Shown piece by piece: positions 11,568 to 21,516 of a stretch of 64,000 nt of DNA. A model generated the notes under the pieces. The model ran no database searches, had not been told where the DNA came from, and was given only the letters and a program-made list of their open reading frames with translations. Position 1 is the stretch's first letter. Each line of letters starts with the position of its first letter. The stretch lies in NCBI RefSeq assembly GCF_056746865.1, contig NZ_CM163382.1; one strand, written 5' to 3'. Both the position numbers and the translations under genes were made by a program.

Positions 11568-12122
11568 ATGAATACTGCGTTTCGGGTTTTACTTACGTTC
11601 AATGCAACATCACTACTAGTGATTATCTTTGCGGTACAAAAAGGGTACTCACTCGGATATTTCTTTGGTGGTTTCGCTTGCTTCGATTGGATAGCAGCAC
11701 TTCCGAACGCAGTATCATATTTACTCTATTTTCTTATCCCTGTTTTATCGACTGGATTGAGTATTTGGCTGAGTAAGTATTTGGGTAAAGACGATTTTAA
11801 GGCGGGTGAAGTAGCGAGTATTGAGCATGCCAATAACAGCTTCCTACCAAGTTATTTGGGTTACTTTTTCGTGGCGTTGAGCATTGGTAACTGGGAGACA
11901 TTGTGGTTTGTTTATGGCGTTTTGTTTGTTTTTACTCTCTTATCGCAAGCACTCTACTTTAACCCATTGTTTTTACTGTTTGGTTATGAGTTTTATAACA
12001 TTACAACCAAAAACGGAACGGCCATTTTCCTTATTAGCCGAGAGCGCTACAAGAAGCCAGATGACATCGAAATATCATTGGCTTATCGAATCAATAATTA
12101 CACATTTATCGAGCGAGGATAA
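11568..12122 (+). CDS. predicted four-helix inner-membrane protein, translationally coupled to hsdR (candidate KwaA-like defence component)
   Basis: 184-aa ORF whose start overlaps the hsdR stop (TAATG). Four hydrophobic segments (about residues 8-24, 47-68, 92-109, 112-135) and a charged C-terminal tail. Low GC relative to hsdM and hsdR. Confidence 0.6.
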   Translation: MNTAFRVLLTFNATSLLVIIFAVQKGYSLGYFFGGFACFDWIAALPNAVSYLLYFLIPVLSTGLSIWLSKYLGKDDFKAGEVASIEHANNSFLPSYLGYFFVALSIGNWETLWFVYGVLFVFTLLSQALYFNPLFLLFGYEFYNITTKNGTAIFLISRERYKKPDDIEISLAYRINNYTFIERG

Positions 12123-12964
12123 TGATGGACCATGTACTGGCACATATAAAAACTAGAGCAAAAAAACGCATTTTCAAATTGGTTTCTGATCAATCTCTTT
12201 TTGATACCGTCACAATCGACTTAAATGCCTGTATTCCATACAATCCAGACCATAACCTTGACGAAGACTCATGGTTTAAAATTGAAGACTTTAGTCAAAA
12301 AGAGTTTTGTATTGAACTGCTAAAAAAAGACTATGATTCAAAAGACTACGATGACTTAACCAAAGATAACTTCGCCAAGATCGCCTACTTATTTGCAATT
12401 CAAGGTAATGATTTTTACTTTCAAAAAATCACTCCAAGCCTATTCGTAAAACGCAAAACGCTTGTTTTTGGTGAAGCCGCAGAAATTGAGAAGAGCCAAA
12501 CACGTTTAGTAATAAACGCCTTACCTGATGCAGTGTACTTCAAAGTGGCCGATACCTTGATATTCAAAAATCTGGCAACGATCTCGAGCATTTTTAAAGG
12601 TATCGATGAGTTGTACAAGGAAGCAACAAAAGAAGAAGTTGAGCAGTTTTTAGATGCACAGTTTATAGAGTTGGGTAATGACTACAACGTAGATAGCGTC
12701 TCAAAACCTAATAGAAAACGTATTGGCCTTGCTATGGCAACACTTGATGCGATGTCTGCTGACGATAAAGCTAACATGCTTGATTATATCGACGGTTACT
12801 GCGGTGAACAGAAGCTGAAATTCGATAAAGAAAATCAGAAGTTTGAAATATCTAATGACGATGAGTTGAAGTTACTGCTTTATGGCATTGAACAACGCTT
12901 CTATACGACCCCGTTTGGCAAAGAAAAAAGGCTCGCTAACTCTGTAACCGCTATGGATAAATAA
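12122..12964 (+). CDS. 280-aa soluble protein of unknown function, translationally coupled to the upstream membrane protein (candidate KwaB-like defence component)
   Basis: Start overlaps the upstream stop (ATGA). Acidic, no recognisable catalytic motif (no Walker, HxH or nuclease signature). Low GC. Confidence 0.55.
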   Translation: MMDHVLAHIKTRAKKRIFKLVSDQSLFDTVTIDLNACIPYNPDHNLDEDSWFKIEDFSQKEFCIELLKKDYDSKDYDDLTKDNFAKIAYLFAIQGNDFYFQKITPSLFVKRKTLVFGEAAEIEKSQTRLVINALPDAVYFKVADTLIFKNLATISSIFKGIDELYKEATKEEVEQFLDAQFIELGNDYNVDSVSKPNRKRIGLAMATLDAMSADDKANMLDYIDGYCGEQKLKFDKENQKFEISNDDELKLLLYGIEQRFYTTPFGKEKRLANSVTAMDK

Positions 12965-13405
12965 TAGCCCATTATCAGTAACATATGAAGGTTGATTCAA
13001 TGGCCGATAACATCCCACAAGCTCCTCAAGGTGAGTTTGTTCTTTTCACCAGTGCTGATGGTCAAACCCGCGTTGAGTGTCGTTTTGAGTCTGACACCTT
13101 GTGGCTTTCTCAGGCTGCAATGGCAGAGCTTTATCAAGTTAGCTCTCAAGCAATCACCCAACACGTAAAAGCTGTCTATTCTGAAGAAGAGCTTGAGCAA
13201 ATTTCAACTTGTAAGGATTACTTACAAGTTCAACTGGAAGGTGGCAGAGAAGTAAAGCGAAGCATTCGTCACTACAGTCTTCCGGTTATTCTTGCAGTAG
13301 GATACCGAGTTCGCTCAACACGTGGCACCCAGTTCCGCCAATGGGCAACCAGAATGTTGCAAGTGAACCGCCCCGGGTTTCCTGGAGAGTGTTTTATCTG
13401 TGAAC

Positions 13406-14296
13406 TCAGGCTGCCAGATCATCGTTTCCGATGGAAGCATAATAAGCTTTTTCTGCTTCTGCCGGAGGAGTATGGCCCAGCCTTCCCAGCAATCGTCGAT
13501 TGTTATACCAGTCCACCCACGTTAGTGTGGCCAGTTCCACTTCTGCACGGTTTTTCCAGCTCTTACGGTGTATTACCTCCGCTTTGTAAAGACCATTGAT
13601 GCTCTCAGCCATCGCGTTGTCATACGAGTCGCCTGTACTCCCTGTTGATGCCAGTAATCCGGCTTCTTTTAGTCGCTCCGTATAGGCCAGTGACACATAC
13701 TGAGAGCCTTTATCGCTGTGATGGATGGTGCCAGACGGACGACGGGCCCACAACGCCTGCTCCAGCGCATCCAGCACGAATGTCGTTTCCATAGACGATG
13801 AGACCCGCCACCCCACGATGTATCCGGCAAACACATCAATGATAAACGCCACATAGACGAAGCCCTGCCATGTGCTGACGTAAGTAAAATCAGCCACCCA
13901 CAGCTGGTCAGGTCGTTCTGCCACGAACTGACGGTTTACGCGGTCGCCTGCGGCAACGGCTTTCCGGCTGATGGTCGTACGGACCTTTTTACCCCGGAGA
14001 ACACCGGCAAGTCCCATAACCGCCATGAGACGTGCCACTGTACATCTGGCCACCCTGATTCCTTCCCGTAACAACTGACGCCAGACTTTACGCACACCGT
14101 ACACCTGATGATTTTCATCGTATACGCGCTGTATCTCTCTCTTCAGCCAGTCGTCGTGCTGCGCACGGGCACTGCGTTTATCCGGATGATGTCGCTGTTG
14201 CTGACAATGGTAATACGTTGACGGGGCAATATGCAGTTCGCTGCATACCGGTCCGACCCCGTACTGCTCACGCAGCTTATCCAGCAGTGGCATCAT
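13406..14296 (-). CDS. IS629 transposase OrfB (copy 2)
   Basis: Identical 296-aa translation to copy 1. Confidence 0.85.
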   Translation of the reverse strand: MMPLLDKLREQYGVGPVCSELHIAPSTYYHCQQQRHHPDKRSARAQHDDWLKREIQRVYDENHQVYGVRKVWRQLLREGIRVARCTVARLMAVMGLAGVLRGKKVRTTISRKAVAAGDRVNRQFVAERPDQLWVADFTYVSTWQGFVYVAFIIDVFAGYIVGWRVSSSMETTFVLDALEQALWARRPSGTIHHSDKGSQYVSLAYTERLKEAGLLASTGSTGDSYDNAMAESINGLYKAEVIHRKSWKNRAEVELATLTWVDWYNNRRLLGRLGHTPPAEAEKAYYASIGNDDLAA

Positions 14297-14619
14297 TTTT
14301 TCCAGAGGCGGTCGAACTCCGCCTTCGCAAAATAAGCGGAAGCCTGGCGAAGGATATCGTTACTGCGGCGCAGTTCACGATTTTCACGTTCCAGCTCTTT
14401 CAGACGCTGACGTTCAGCGCTGGTGAGCCCACCATCACCGCCCCCGGTATCCCGCTCATGCTGGCGAACCCAGACACGCAGAGTCTCCGGCGTACAGCCA
14501 ATCTTTGGGGCAATGGAACAAATTGCCGCCCACTGTGAGTCATATTCATCCTGACTTTCCAGAACCATACGAATCGCCCGCTGACGGACTTCGGGGGAAA
14601 AACGAGTATTTTTAGTCAT
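14293..14619 (-). CDS. IS629 transposase OrfA (copy 2)
   Basis: Identical 108-aa translation to copy 1. Confidence 0.85.
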   Translation of the reverse strand: MTKNTRFSPEVRQRAIRMVLESQDEYDSQWAAICSIAPKIGCTPETLRVWVRQHERDTGGGDGGLTSAERQRLKELERENRELRRSNDILRQASAYFAKAEFDRLWKK

Positions 14620-15404
14620 CCTGTTTACCTCTTTCTCAGGGAGTTTAGTCTCCAGGATTTCCGGGGCGGTTCAAAGAATACCTAATCAAAGGATTCGTCA
14701 TGGATGACGAGCGCCTGAAAAATCCGCCCATTGGCCATTCTGCTGTGCCAGATTACTTTGATGAAATGCTGGAACGCATTCGTGATATCCGAGCTAGTGA
14801 GCGTCGCGTTTATCTGCGAGTCAAAGAAATCTTTACCATGGCTGCTGATTACGAGCCATCTAACCAAGAGACCAACCGCTTCTTCCAAACCATTCAGAAT
14901 AAGCTGCATTATGCTTGTACGCATATGACGGCTGCTGAGCTTATCGCCAGCCGTGTGGATGCCAGTAAGCCGGATATGGGCTTAACCAGCTATAAAGGCG
15001 ATGAAGTGCGCAAGACAGACGTTACTGTTGCCAAGAACTATTTGCGTGAAGACGAAATCAAAGAGCTTAATCGCATCGTCAATATGTGGCTCGACTTTGC
15101 TGAAGACCAAGCACTGCGTCGCAAGCAGGTATTTTTACAGGACTGGGCCGATAAGCTTGACCAGTTCTTGAGTTTTAACGATAGAGATGTATTAAACGGT
15201 GCAGGAAAAATCTCCAAGAAAGACGCTGATGACAAAGCGAAATTGGAGTTTGACCGCTTTGCCCAGCAGCGCCGTCGTTTAAAAGAAGCCGAAGGCGCAC
15301 GGGCCAATATCGCAGCCCTCAAGGCCATACTAAAAAAAGATAAATAGCCGATATAGTACAGCCCTGATCTCTAATGAGTTGAGGGCTGTGTTGTAAGATC
15401 ATAA

Positions 15405-16120
15405 CTATAAAGGATTATCCATCTTAAAATCGTCGATATCGCCTGTCATTTTGAATAGATTGGTGTCATTCCAACGGCACAGTTGTCTAACCCGCATTAG
15501 ATTTGAGTTGGCTCTGCGGATTATTGAGAAAGCATCTTCAACAGCAGTAATCACCGATTTTTCCCAATCTTGTGCTCGGGTAAAGGTGCTTTGTGAATAG
15601 CGATAATTGCCCTCACGGGGGAGGTAATGGCTGATCACCTGGTATTTGTCAGAATTCTTTTTAGGTTTAAACTCGTTGTAAACCCAGAAAATTTCGAGTT
15701 TTTTGTTTCTTTGCCTTACACGACAACCAAAATGACCTGGGTAGCCTTCAGAGTTTTTACCTCTATGTGCAACGTTGTTCAGCCAGAACAAGTCTGCAAT
15801 TTTTTGTGCTATGTAGAAGTAGCGGAGCTGTTCTATTTCGGTTGATTTATGGGTGTAGTGTAGATATTGCTCTGATATGGTTAAGGAAAAAGCATTGCGT
15901 CGTCTTGATTAACATTTGTGCTATTGACAATAAAGGTTTCCCAAATATTAATTTGTGTTTCTAGTCCTTTAAATGATTTTGAGAAGGCTTCTATGTACTC
16001 AGATTGCGGTTGATTTCCCCCATTTAGTGCTGCACCAAATGTAGCTATCTGTTGTTCTAAAAATGAATGATTTTTGGTCATTACATAATCCTCTGTGTGG
16101 TTGATACTGCGTATTTTCAT
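15405..16120 (-). pseudogene. uncharacterised gene split into two overlapping frames (track ORFs 15881-16120 and 15405-15791); probable frameshift in a short A/T run near 15885-15893
   Basis: The downstream frame stays open upstream to 15908 and overlaps the end of the upstream ORF. A single 1-nt shift would join them into about 238 aa. AT-rich; no family recognised. Confidence 0.4.
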
Positions 16121-16146
16121 GAAAGGAGATCACTCAATAACCCCCC

Positions 16147-17821
16147 TGTGTCAGCATAGTTGTCGCCTCAATTTTTTAAGGAGATAACAATGCCAGGACA
16201 ACCAATACCAAATGAGCTCAAAGAAAAAGGACTGATATGGCTTTTGCCACCATACTGTTGGTCACACCGTCAGATAGCCCGGAAGCTGAAGATCAGTGCC
16301 TCAGTTGTATCAAAATGGAGATGTGAGTTAGTGGAGCAAGGACTTTTACCTGAAAATGAAAAGATTACCTCCGTTGATGTTGAAGACTGGACACCGGAGC
16401 GTCGATTCTCAGTTGTTCTTGAGACGGCTACGCTGTCTGTCACGAACGGTGCAATAGTGGATCACTTTTCATCCGTCGTTGACACTGTCAGAAATGGAGC
16501 TTGCCGATTATTGCCGACGCATGGGATTGTTTGTTGAACAGGTTAAAGAATGGCGGGCTATCTCAATTCAGGCGCATGAAAAAAATTGACGGAAAATATT
16601 CGAACAGACAGGGCATTGCGTGACGCAAAAAATAAGTTACGAGAACTGGAGAAAGAGCTTAAGCGCAAAGATAAAGCTCTGGCGGAAGCTGCGGCCCTGC
16701 TTATATTAAGGGAAAAGTTCAATGCCCTCTGGGACAACAGCGAGGAAGACTGCCCCCTCTCCTGGAGCGGCATAAAATTATTTCTCTTGTCCGTGAGGCC
16801 GTCGCCAACGGCGCCCGGAAAGGTCAGGCTTGTAGGTGTATCGGTATTTCTATTCGGACACTTCAGCGCTGGACTAATGGCAACATCATCACCACGGACC
16901 GAAGATCCGATACTGTAAACAGCTCTCCCCGAAATAAGCTGTCAGAAGCGGAAAGATTGCGAATACTGGAGTTGTGCAACTCTCCAGAGTTTGCATCCTT
17001 GCCTCCAAATGTGATCGTACCAACTCTGGCAGACAGAGGTATTTATATTGCTTCTGAATCAAGTTTTTATCGTGTACTGAAATCAGCCAAGCAGTTGAAG
17101 AAACGATCCCGTGAATGCCAGTATAAACTGGCCTGATGTACTCAGGGCCGTTGCACCGAATCAAGTCTGGAGTTGGGACATCAGCTATTTGCCGTCCTGG
17201 GTCAGAGGCCAGCATTTTTACCTCTATATGATCGTCGATATTTACAGTCGCAAAATTATTGCTGCTGAGGTATTTGCCAGCGAATCTGGAAAACATGCAG
17301 CAGAACTACTCCAGCGTGCAGTATGGAATGAAAAATGTTCATCCAACAATCTGGTACTCCATTCTGATAACGGTGGTCCCATGCGCAGTGACACGTTGTT
17401 GGCGAAAATGTATGCGCTTGGTGTGCTAAGTTCTTATTCCCGGCCAAGAGTCAGCAATGATAATCCTTACTCAGAATCTTTGTTCCGGACTCTCAAATAT
17501 TGTCCCTGGTGGCCTGAGAACGGTTTTCGCACTATTGATGATGCCAGAGTATGGGTAAACCAGTTTTGTAAACTGGTACAACTTTGAACATAAGCACAGC
17601 GGGATCAAATACGTCACGCCAGCCGAGCGTCATCAAGGTAATGACATGAAAATACTGGCAGCCTGAAAAGCGGTATACCAGCTAGCTCGCGAGCAACATC
17701 CTGAACGTTGGGGCAAGTATCTACGTAACTGGAACTACATATCAGAAGTCTACCTGAATCCAGAAAAAGAGGCTGCATAACGTAATTTTATTACAAAAGG
17801 CGACAACTACCTTGAAAAACA
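16147..17821 (+). mobile_element. degenerate IS3-family insertion sequence (transposase broken into at least three frames)
   Basis: Track ORFs 16160-16537 (helix-turn-helix OrfA-like) and 17111-17587 (DDE core with WSWDISY, HSDNGGPM, SNDNPYSESLFRTLK). A perfect 10-bp inverted repeat AGTTGTCGCC/GGCGACAACT lies at 16158-16167 and 17799-17808. Boundaries are approximate. Confidence 0.55.
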
Positions 17822-17914
17822 CCGCCAAATCATGATCGATTCGAATGCCAAACTGCGATCGATTCAGATGCCATTTTGCATGCTGCCAGAGCAATATTCC
17901 CCCTGATGGTTGTA

Positions 17915-18589
17915 TCAGAGATGGTATGCCGGTACTTTGCGGGTTGTTCCTGTCAGGTTATCGTGCACCTCCACATTCGTTGTCACTACCGGCATTCCGT
18001 TCTGTCTTAGTCTCAGGACATCAGCCGCAATACGCTGACTGCCAGACCAGAACAGGCCGTCCAGCGCAGTCACCAGCAATCCCGCCTCCAGCGCATACTT
18101 CAGCCGTTCACGGGGCACTTTCACTTCCCGGGCAATCTGCTGATAGGGTGATGATGTATTTTCATTCCCAACCATCCGGCGAATACGGTGAGACAGATGA
18201 TACCGGAATGCATCCGGCACACCGGAAAGACTGGCCTTCAGGCTGTACACGCAGCCAAATCGCTTATCGTTGAACACCACATTTTTCTGGCTGATATCCC
18301 ATTCTTCTCGAAGCGCAGCAATCAGCTGTGGCGTGCGGGTTAAAAGCAGACGAAAAGGCAGTTCAAAACTGGTGACGTAATCCACATTCAGCAGGGCAAT
18401 ACGCAGCCGTTCTTCTGGTCCGGCCTCTGTCTGCCGACACTCCTCCAGAACATCCTGCCACTGCTGGCAAAGGCGTGGAGATTCATTCAGTTCTGTAAAA
18501 CAATATTTATCCGCAAGATAGTCAATTTGTGCAGGCATACTGAAGAGAATTCCGTATAAAGATTCAGCAGACAAAACTTTATCAGTCAA
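17915..18589 (-). CDS. hypothetical protein, 224 aa
   Basis: Intact ORF between the degenerate IS3-family element and IS629 copy 3; no motif recognised. Confidence 0.4.
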   Translation of the reverse strand: MTDKVLSAESLYGILFSMPAQIDYLADKYCFTELNESPRLCQQWQDVLEECRQTEAGPEERLRIALLNVDYVTSFELPFRLLLTRTPQLIAALREEWDISQKNVVFNDKRFGCVYSLKASLSGVPDAFRYHLSHRIRRMVGNENTSSPYQQIAREVKVPRERLKYALEAGLLVTALDGLFWSGSQRIAADVLRLRQNGMPVVTTNVEVHDNLTGTTRKVPAYHL

Positions 18590-18720
18590 TAAGAATCAAC
18601 GGAAGCACAGAAGGTTCATACGTCCATCACCAACTGATTGTTGTCATAACGGGTAACATAAAGGACTGAACGACTGTTTGAACCGCCCCGGGTTTCCTGG
18701 AGAGTGTTTTATCTGTGAAC

Positions 18721-19701
18721 TCAGGCTGCCAGATCATCGTTTCCGATGGAAGCATAATAAGCTTTTTCTGCTTCTGCCGGAGGAGTATGGCCCAGCCTTC
18801 CCAGCAATCGTCGATTGTTATACCAGTCCACCCACGTTAGTGTGGCCAGTTCCACTTCTGCACGGTTTTTCCAGCTCTTACGGTGTATTACCTCCGCTTT
18901 GTAAAGACCATTGATGCTCTCAGCCATCGCGTTGTCATACGAGTCGCCTGTACTCCCTGTTGATGCCAGTAATCCGGCTTCTTTTAGTCGCTCCGTATAG
19001 GCCAGTGACACATACTGAGAGCCTTTATCGCTGTGATGGATGGTGCCAGACGGACGACGGGCCCACAACGCCTGCTCCAGCGCATCCAGAACGAATGTCG
19101 TTTCCATAGACGATGAGACCCGCCACCCCACGATGTATCCGGCAAACACATCAATGATAAACGCCACATAGACGAAGCCCTGCCATGTGCTGACGTAAGT
19201 AAAATCAGCCACCCACAGCTGGTCAGGTCGTTCTGCCACGAACTGACGGTTTACGCGGTCGCCTGCGGCAACGGCTTTCCGGCTGATGGTCGTACGGACC
19301 TTTTTACCCCGGAGAACACCGGCAAGTCCCATAACCGCCATGAGACGTGCCACTGTACATCTGGCCACCCTGATTCCTTCCCGTAACAACTGACGCCAGA
19401 CTTTACGCACACCGTACACCTGATGATTTTCATCGTATACGCGCTGTATCTCTCTCTTCAGCCAGTCGTCGTGCTGCGCACGGGCACTGCGTTTATCCGG
19501 ATGATGTCGCTGTTGCTGACAATGGTAATACGTTGACGGGGCAATATGCAGTTCGCTGCATACCGGTCCGACCCCGTACTGCTCACGCAGCTTATCCAGC
19601 AGTGGCATCATTTTTCCAGAGGCGGTCGAACTCCGCCTTCGCAAAATAAGCGGAAGCCTGGCGAAGGATATCGTTACTGCGGCGCAGTTCACGATTTTCA
19701 C
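18721..19701 (-). CDS. IS629 OrfB, copy 3 (frame extended upstream by the 1-nt deletion; probably not expressed as a normal OrfAB)
   Basis: 326-aa ORF containing the full OrfB sequence after an aberrant 30-aa leader. Confidence 0.6.
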   Translation of the reverse strand: MKIVNCAAVTISFARLPLILRRRSSTASGKMMPLLDKLREQYGVGPVCSELHIAPSTYYHCQQQRHHPDKRSARAQHDDWLKREIQRVYDENHQVYGVRKVWRQLLREGIRVARCTVARLMAVMGLAGVLRGKKVRTTISRKAVAAGDRVNRQFVAERPDQLWVADFTYVSTWQGFVYVAFIIDVFAGYIVGWRVSSSMETTFVLDALEQALWARRPSGTIHHSDKGSQYVSLAYTERLKEAGLLASTGSTGDSYDNAMAESINGLYKAEVIHRKSWKNRAEVELATLTWVDWYNNRRLLGRLGHTPPAEAEKAYYASIGNDDLAA

Positions 19702-19933
19702 GTTCCAGCTCTTTCAGACGCTGACGTTCAGCGCTGGTGAGCCCACCATCACCGCCCCCGGTATCCCGCTCATGCTGGCGAACCCAGACACGCAGAGTCT
19801 CCGGCGTACAGCCAATCTTTGGAGCAATGGAACAAATTGCCGCCCACTGTGAGTCATATTCATCCTGACTTTCCAGAACCATACGAATCGCCCGCTGACG
19901 GACTTCGGGGGAAAAACGAGTATTTTTAGTCAT
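19592..19933 (-). CDS. IS629 OrfA, copy 3 (altered C-terminus from the 1-nt deletion)
   Basis: 113-aa ORF ending ...[11 protein letters not shown] instead of ...DRLWKK. Confidence 0.7.
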   Translation of the reverse strand: MTKNTRFSPEVRQRAIRMVLESQDEYDSQWAAICSIAPKIGCTPETLRVWVRQHERDTGGGDGGLTSAERQRLKELERENRELRRSNDILRQASAYFAKAEFDRLWKNDATAG

Positions 19934-20386
19934 CCTGTTTACCTCTTTCTCAGGGAGTTTAGTCTCCAGGATTTCCGGGGCGGTTCAAATACTGGGCGAA
20001 GGGAGATGTTATTGCGAAGCGCGCGCCAATTGGTCAGTGGGAACCTTATTCGGAAGAGTCACTACTTGGCATCATCGTCACCAGCGTCTGTCGTATTAAA
20101 GTCGCGATGCTAAAACCTGAACCTCCCAGAGATCCCCATATCCCGCTGATGGGGGATTTTAACTAAAACTTAGCGCTATCGCTGCGTATCGTAACTATCC
20201 CGTATTACGTAGCGTAAATTATGACGCCATACGGGGAACAAATACACAGAGGAAGAAAAAGATTAGATTGGTTTTAAGGGATGTTTTTATCATAAATGGC
20301 ACTGCTAAAATTATGAGATTATCGAAGATAAAATTCTTGATCATACATAAAAGGCCTCCTGAATTAAATCAAGAGGCGTATAGTTT

Positions 20387-21505
20387 TTACATTACTGATG
20401 TATGTTTAATGATCTCACTGATTTTCACTTTCCTGTCCTGCGATCTTGAAAGAGTGGCAGCATCAGCAGTAGCAATCGCCGACATGGCCGCCTCACCATT
20501 GAGAAGGTCAATATAATCTTCTTCAGGTTTTGCACCACAGAGGATATTATGGAGGAATAACGTCTCCTTTCTTATTAAACTGGCAAGCCATAATGGTGTT
20601 TTTTTTCCTGGATGACCATATGCTATAGCGCCATCCATTTCTGAGGTCATATTGCCTTTCCGACGATCATCATCTTCTTCTTGTGTTTCATGGACCAAAA
20701 AATGCTTTGTCTGACCGCCAATCCTAAGTGACCCTGCTGTTTCTTGCATATCAATTTTAATAGAGCCTTTAGTTCCATTGATGATGACATAATGTTCCGG
20801 CCAGTTAAATGCACTCCCCCACTCTAAGGTTGCTAGTTTTCCTGACGGGAATTCCAAGGTCATAAATAACATATCATCTTCATTGCCAAATCCTGGACCA
20901 GAATGGGCCAAATTTCCACCAATCATAGTAACCGTCTCTGGTATTTCTCCAAGTAAATGCTGAACACAATCTAACTCATGTATATGATGATATAGATGTC
21001 CACCAGATTTTTCTTTCATCTTTTTCCAGGAAAGTCTCTCTTGTTTGTTTTCCCAGCCATTTCTCTTAGTATGACATGATAATATTTCGCCGATAACACC
21101 TTCTTTAATTAACTTCCGTGCATATTGAACCCCATTGAAAAAATTCATAATATGCCCGGCCATAAAGGTCACACCAGCTTCTTTACACGCTTTGACCATA
21201 TCCACACAATCTTCATAACTTAATGCAATTGGTTTTTCACAAAAAACATGCTTCTTATTCTTTGCTGCTTTAATTACTGGTTCTTTATGCAGATAATTTG
21301 GGGTGGCTACGATCACGCAATCGACTAATTTACTTGAGACTAAAGCATCCAAGCTTGACATATTGATACACTGCAATTCACGGGCAATATTTTCTCCATT
21401 TTCAGGATCGTATACACATGTAATTTTTGCATTATCATGCATATTCATAAAACGAGCTAATTCAGCGCCAAAGTATCCAACACCAACAACGCCATAATTA
21501 ATCAT
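20387..21505 (-). CDS. nanY: Gfo/Idh/MocA-family NAD-dependent oxidoreductase, YjhC/NanY-like
   Basis: 372 aa with an N-terminal Rossmann motif (GVVGVGYFG). Lies immediately downstream of the NanT-like transporter gene, as in the yjhBC operon. Confidence 0.65.
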   Translation of the reverse strand: MINYGVVGVGYFGAELARFMNMHDNAKITCVYDPENGENIARELQCINMSSLDALVSSKLVDCVIVATPNYLHKEPVIKAAKNKKHVFCEKPIALSYEDCVDMVKACKEAGVTFMAGHIMNFFNGVQYARKLIKEGVIGEILSCHTKRNGWENKQERLSWKKMKEKSGGHLYHHIHELDCVQHLLGEIPETVTMIGGNLAHSGPGFGNEDDMLFMTLEFPSGKLATLEWGSAFNWPEHYVIINGTKGSIKIDMQETAGSLRIGGQTKHFLVHETQEEDDDRRKGNMTSEMDGAIAYGHPGKKTPLWLASLIRKETLFLHNILCGAKPEEDYIDLLNGEAAMSAIATADAATLSRSQDRKVKISEIIKHTSVM

Positions 21506-21516
21506 AAAGCCTCCAA

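Larger units (their letters stand above)
7019..11568 (+). pseudogene. hsdR: Type I restriction endonuclease/helicase subunit HsdR, interrupted by IS629 (N-terminal part 7019-9704, C-terminal part 11017-11568)
   Basis: Walker A CEHSAGSGKTST and DEAH box IIDEAHTSQ are present. The frame runs into IS629 at 9705. Removing the IS and one copy of the ATA duplication restores a continuous ORF of about 1079 aa (...KHYSY-MAQLIEFGDPELEN...). Confidence 0.85.
13364..14673 (-). mobile_element. IS629 copy 2, 1310 bp, flanked by a 3-bp direct repeat AAG
   Basis: Same termini as copy 1. AAG at 13361-13363 and 14674-14676. Encoded ORFs are identical to copy 1. Confidence 0.9.
12985..15347 (+). pseudogene. 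rhuM: RhuM-family protein gene interrupted by IS629 copy 2 (5' part 12985-13363, 3' part 14677-15347)
   Basis: N-terminal ...LSQAAMAELYQVSSQAITQHVKAVY...LPVILAVGYRVRSTRGTQFRQWATRMLQ is RhuM-like. Removing the IS and one AAG copy restores the frame (...RMLQEYLIKGFVMDDERLKNPPIGHS...) for about 348 aa. Confidence 0.75.
18679..19987 (-). mobile_element. IS629 copy 3, divergent (1309 bp), no target-site duplication
   Basis: Same termini, but a 1-nt deletion in the frameshift-window homopolymer (T5 at 19610-19614 versus T6 in copies 1 and 2) plus point differences. Flanks are GTT and AAT. Confidence 0.85.

Noticed and set aside
9705..19987. Possible CRISPR array suggested by repeated identical sequence blocks
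   Set aside because: The repeats are 1.3-kb IS629 copies with transposase ORFs, not short repeats separated by spacers. No CRISPR-like array or cas genes are present.
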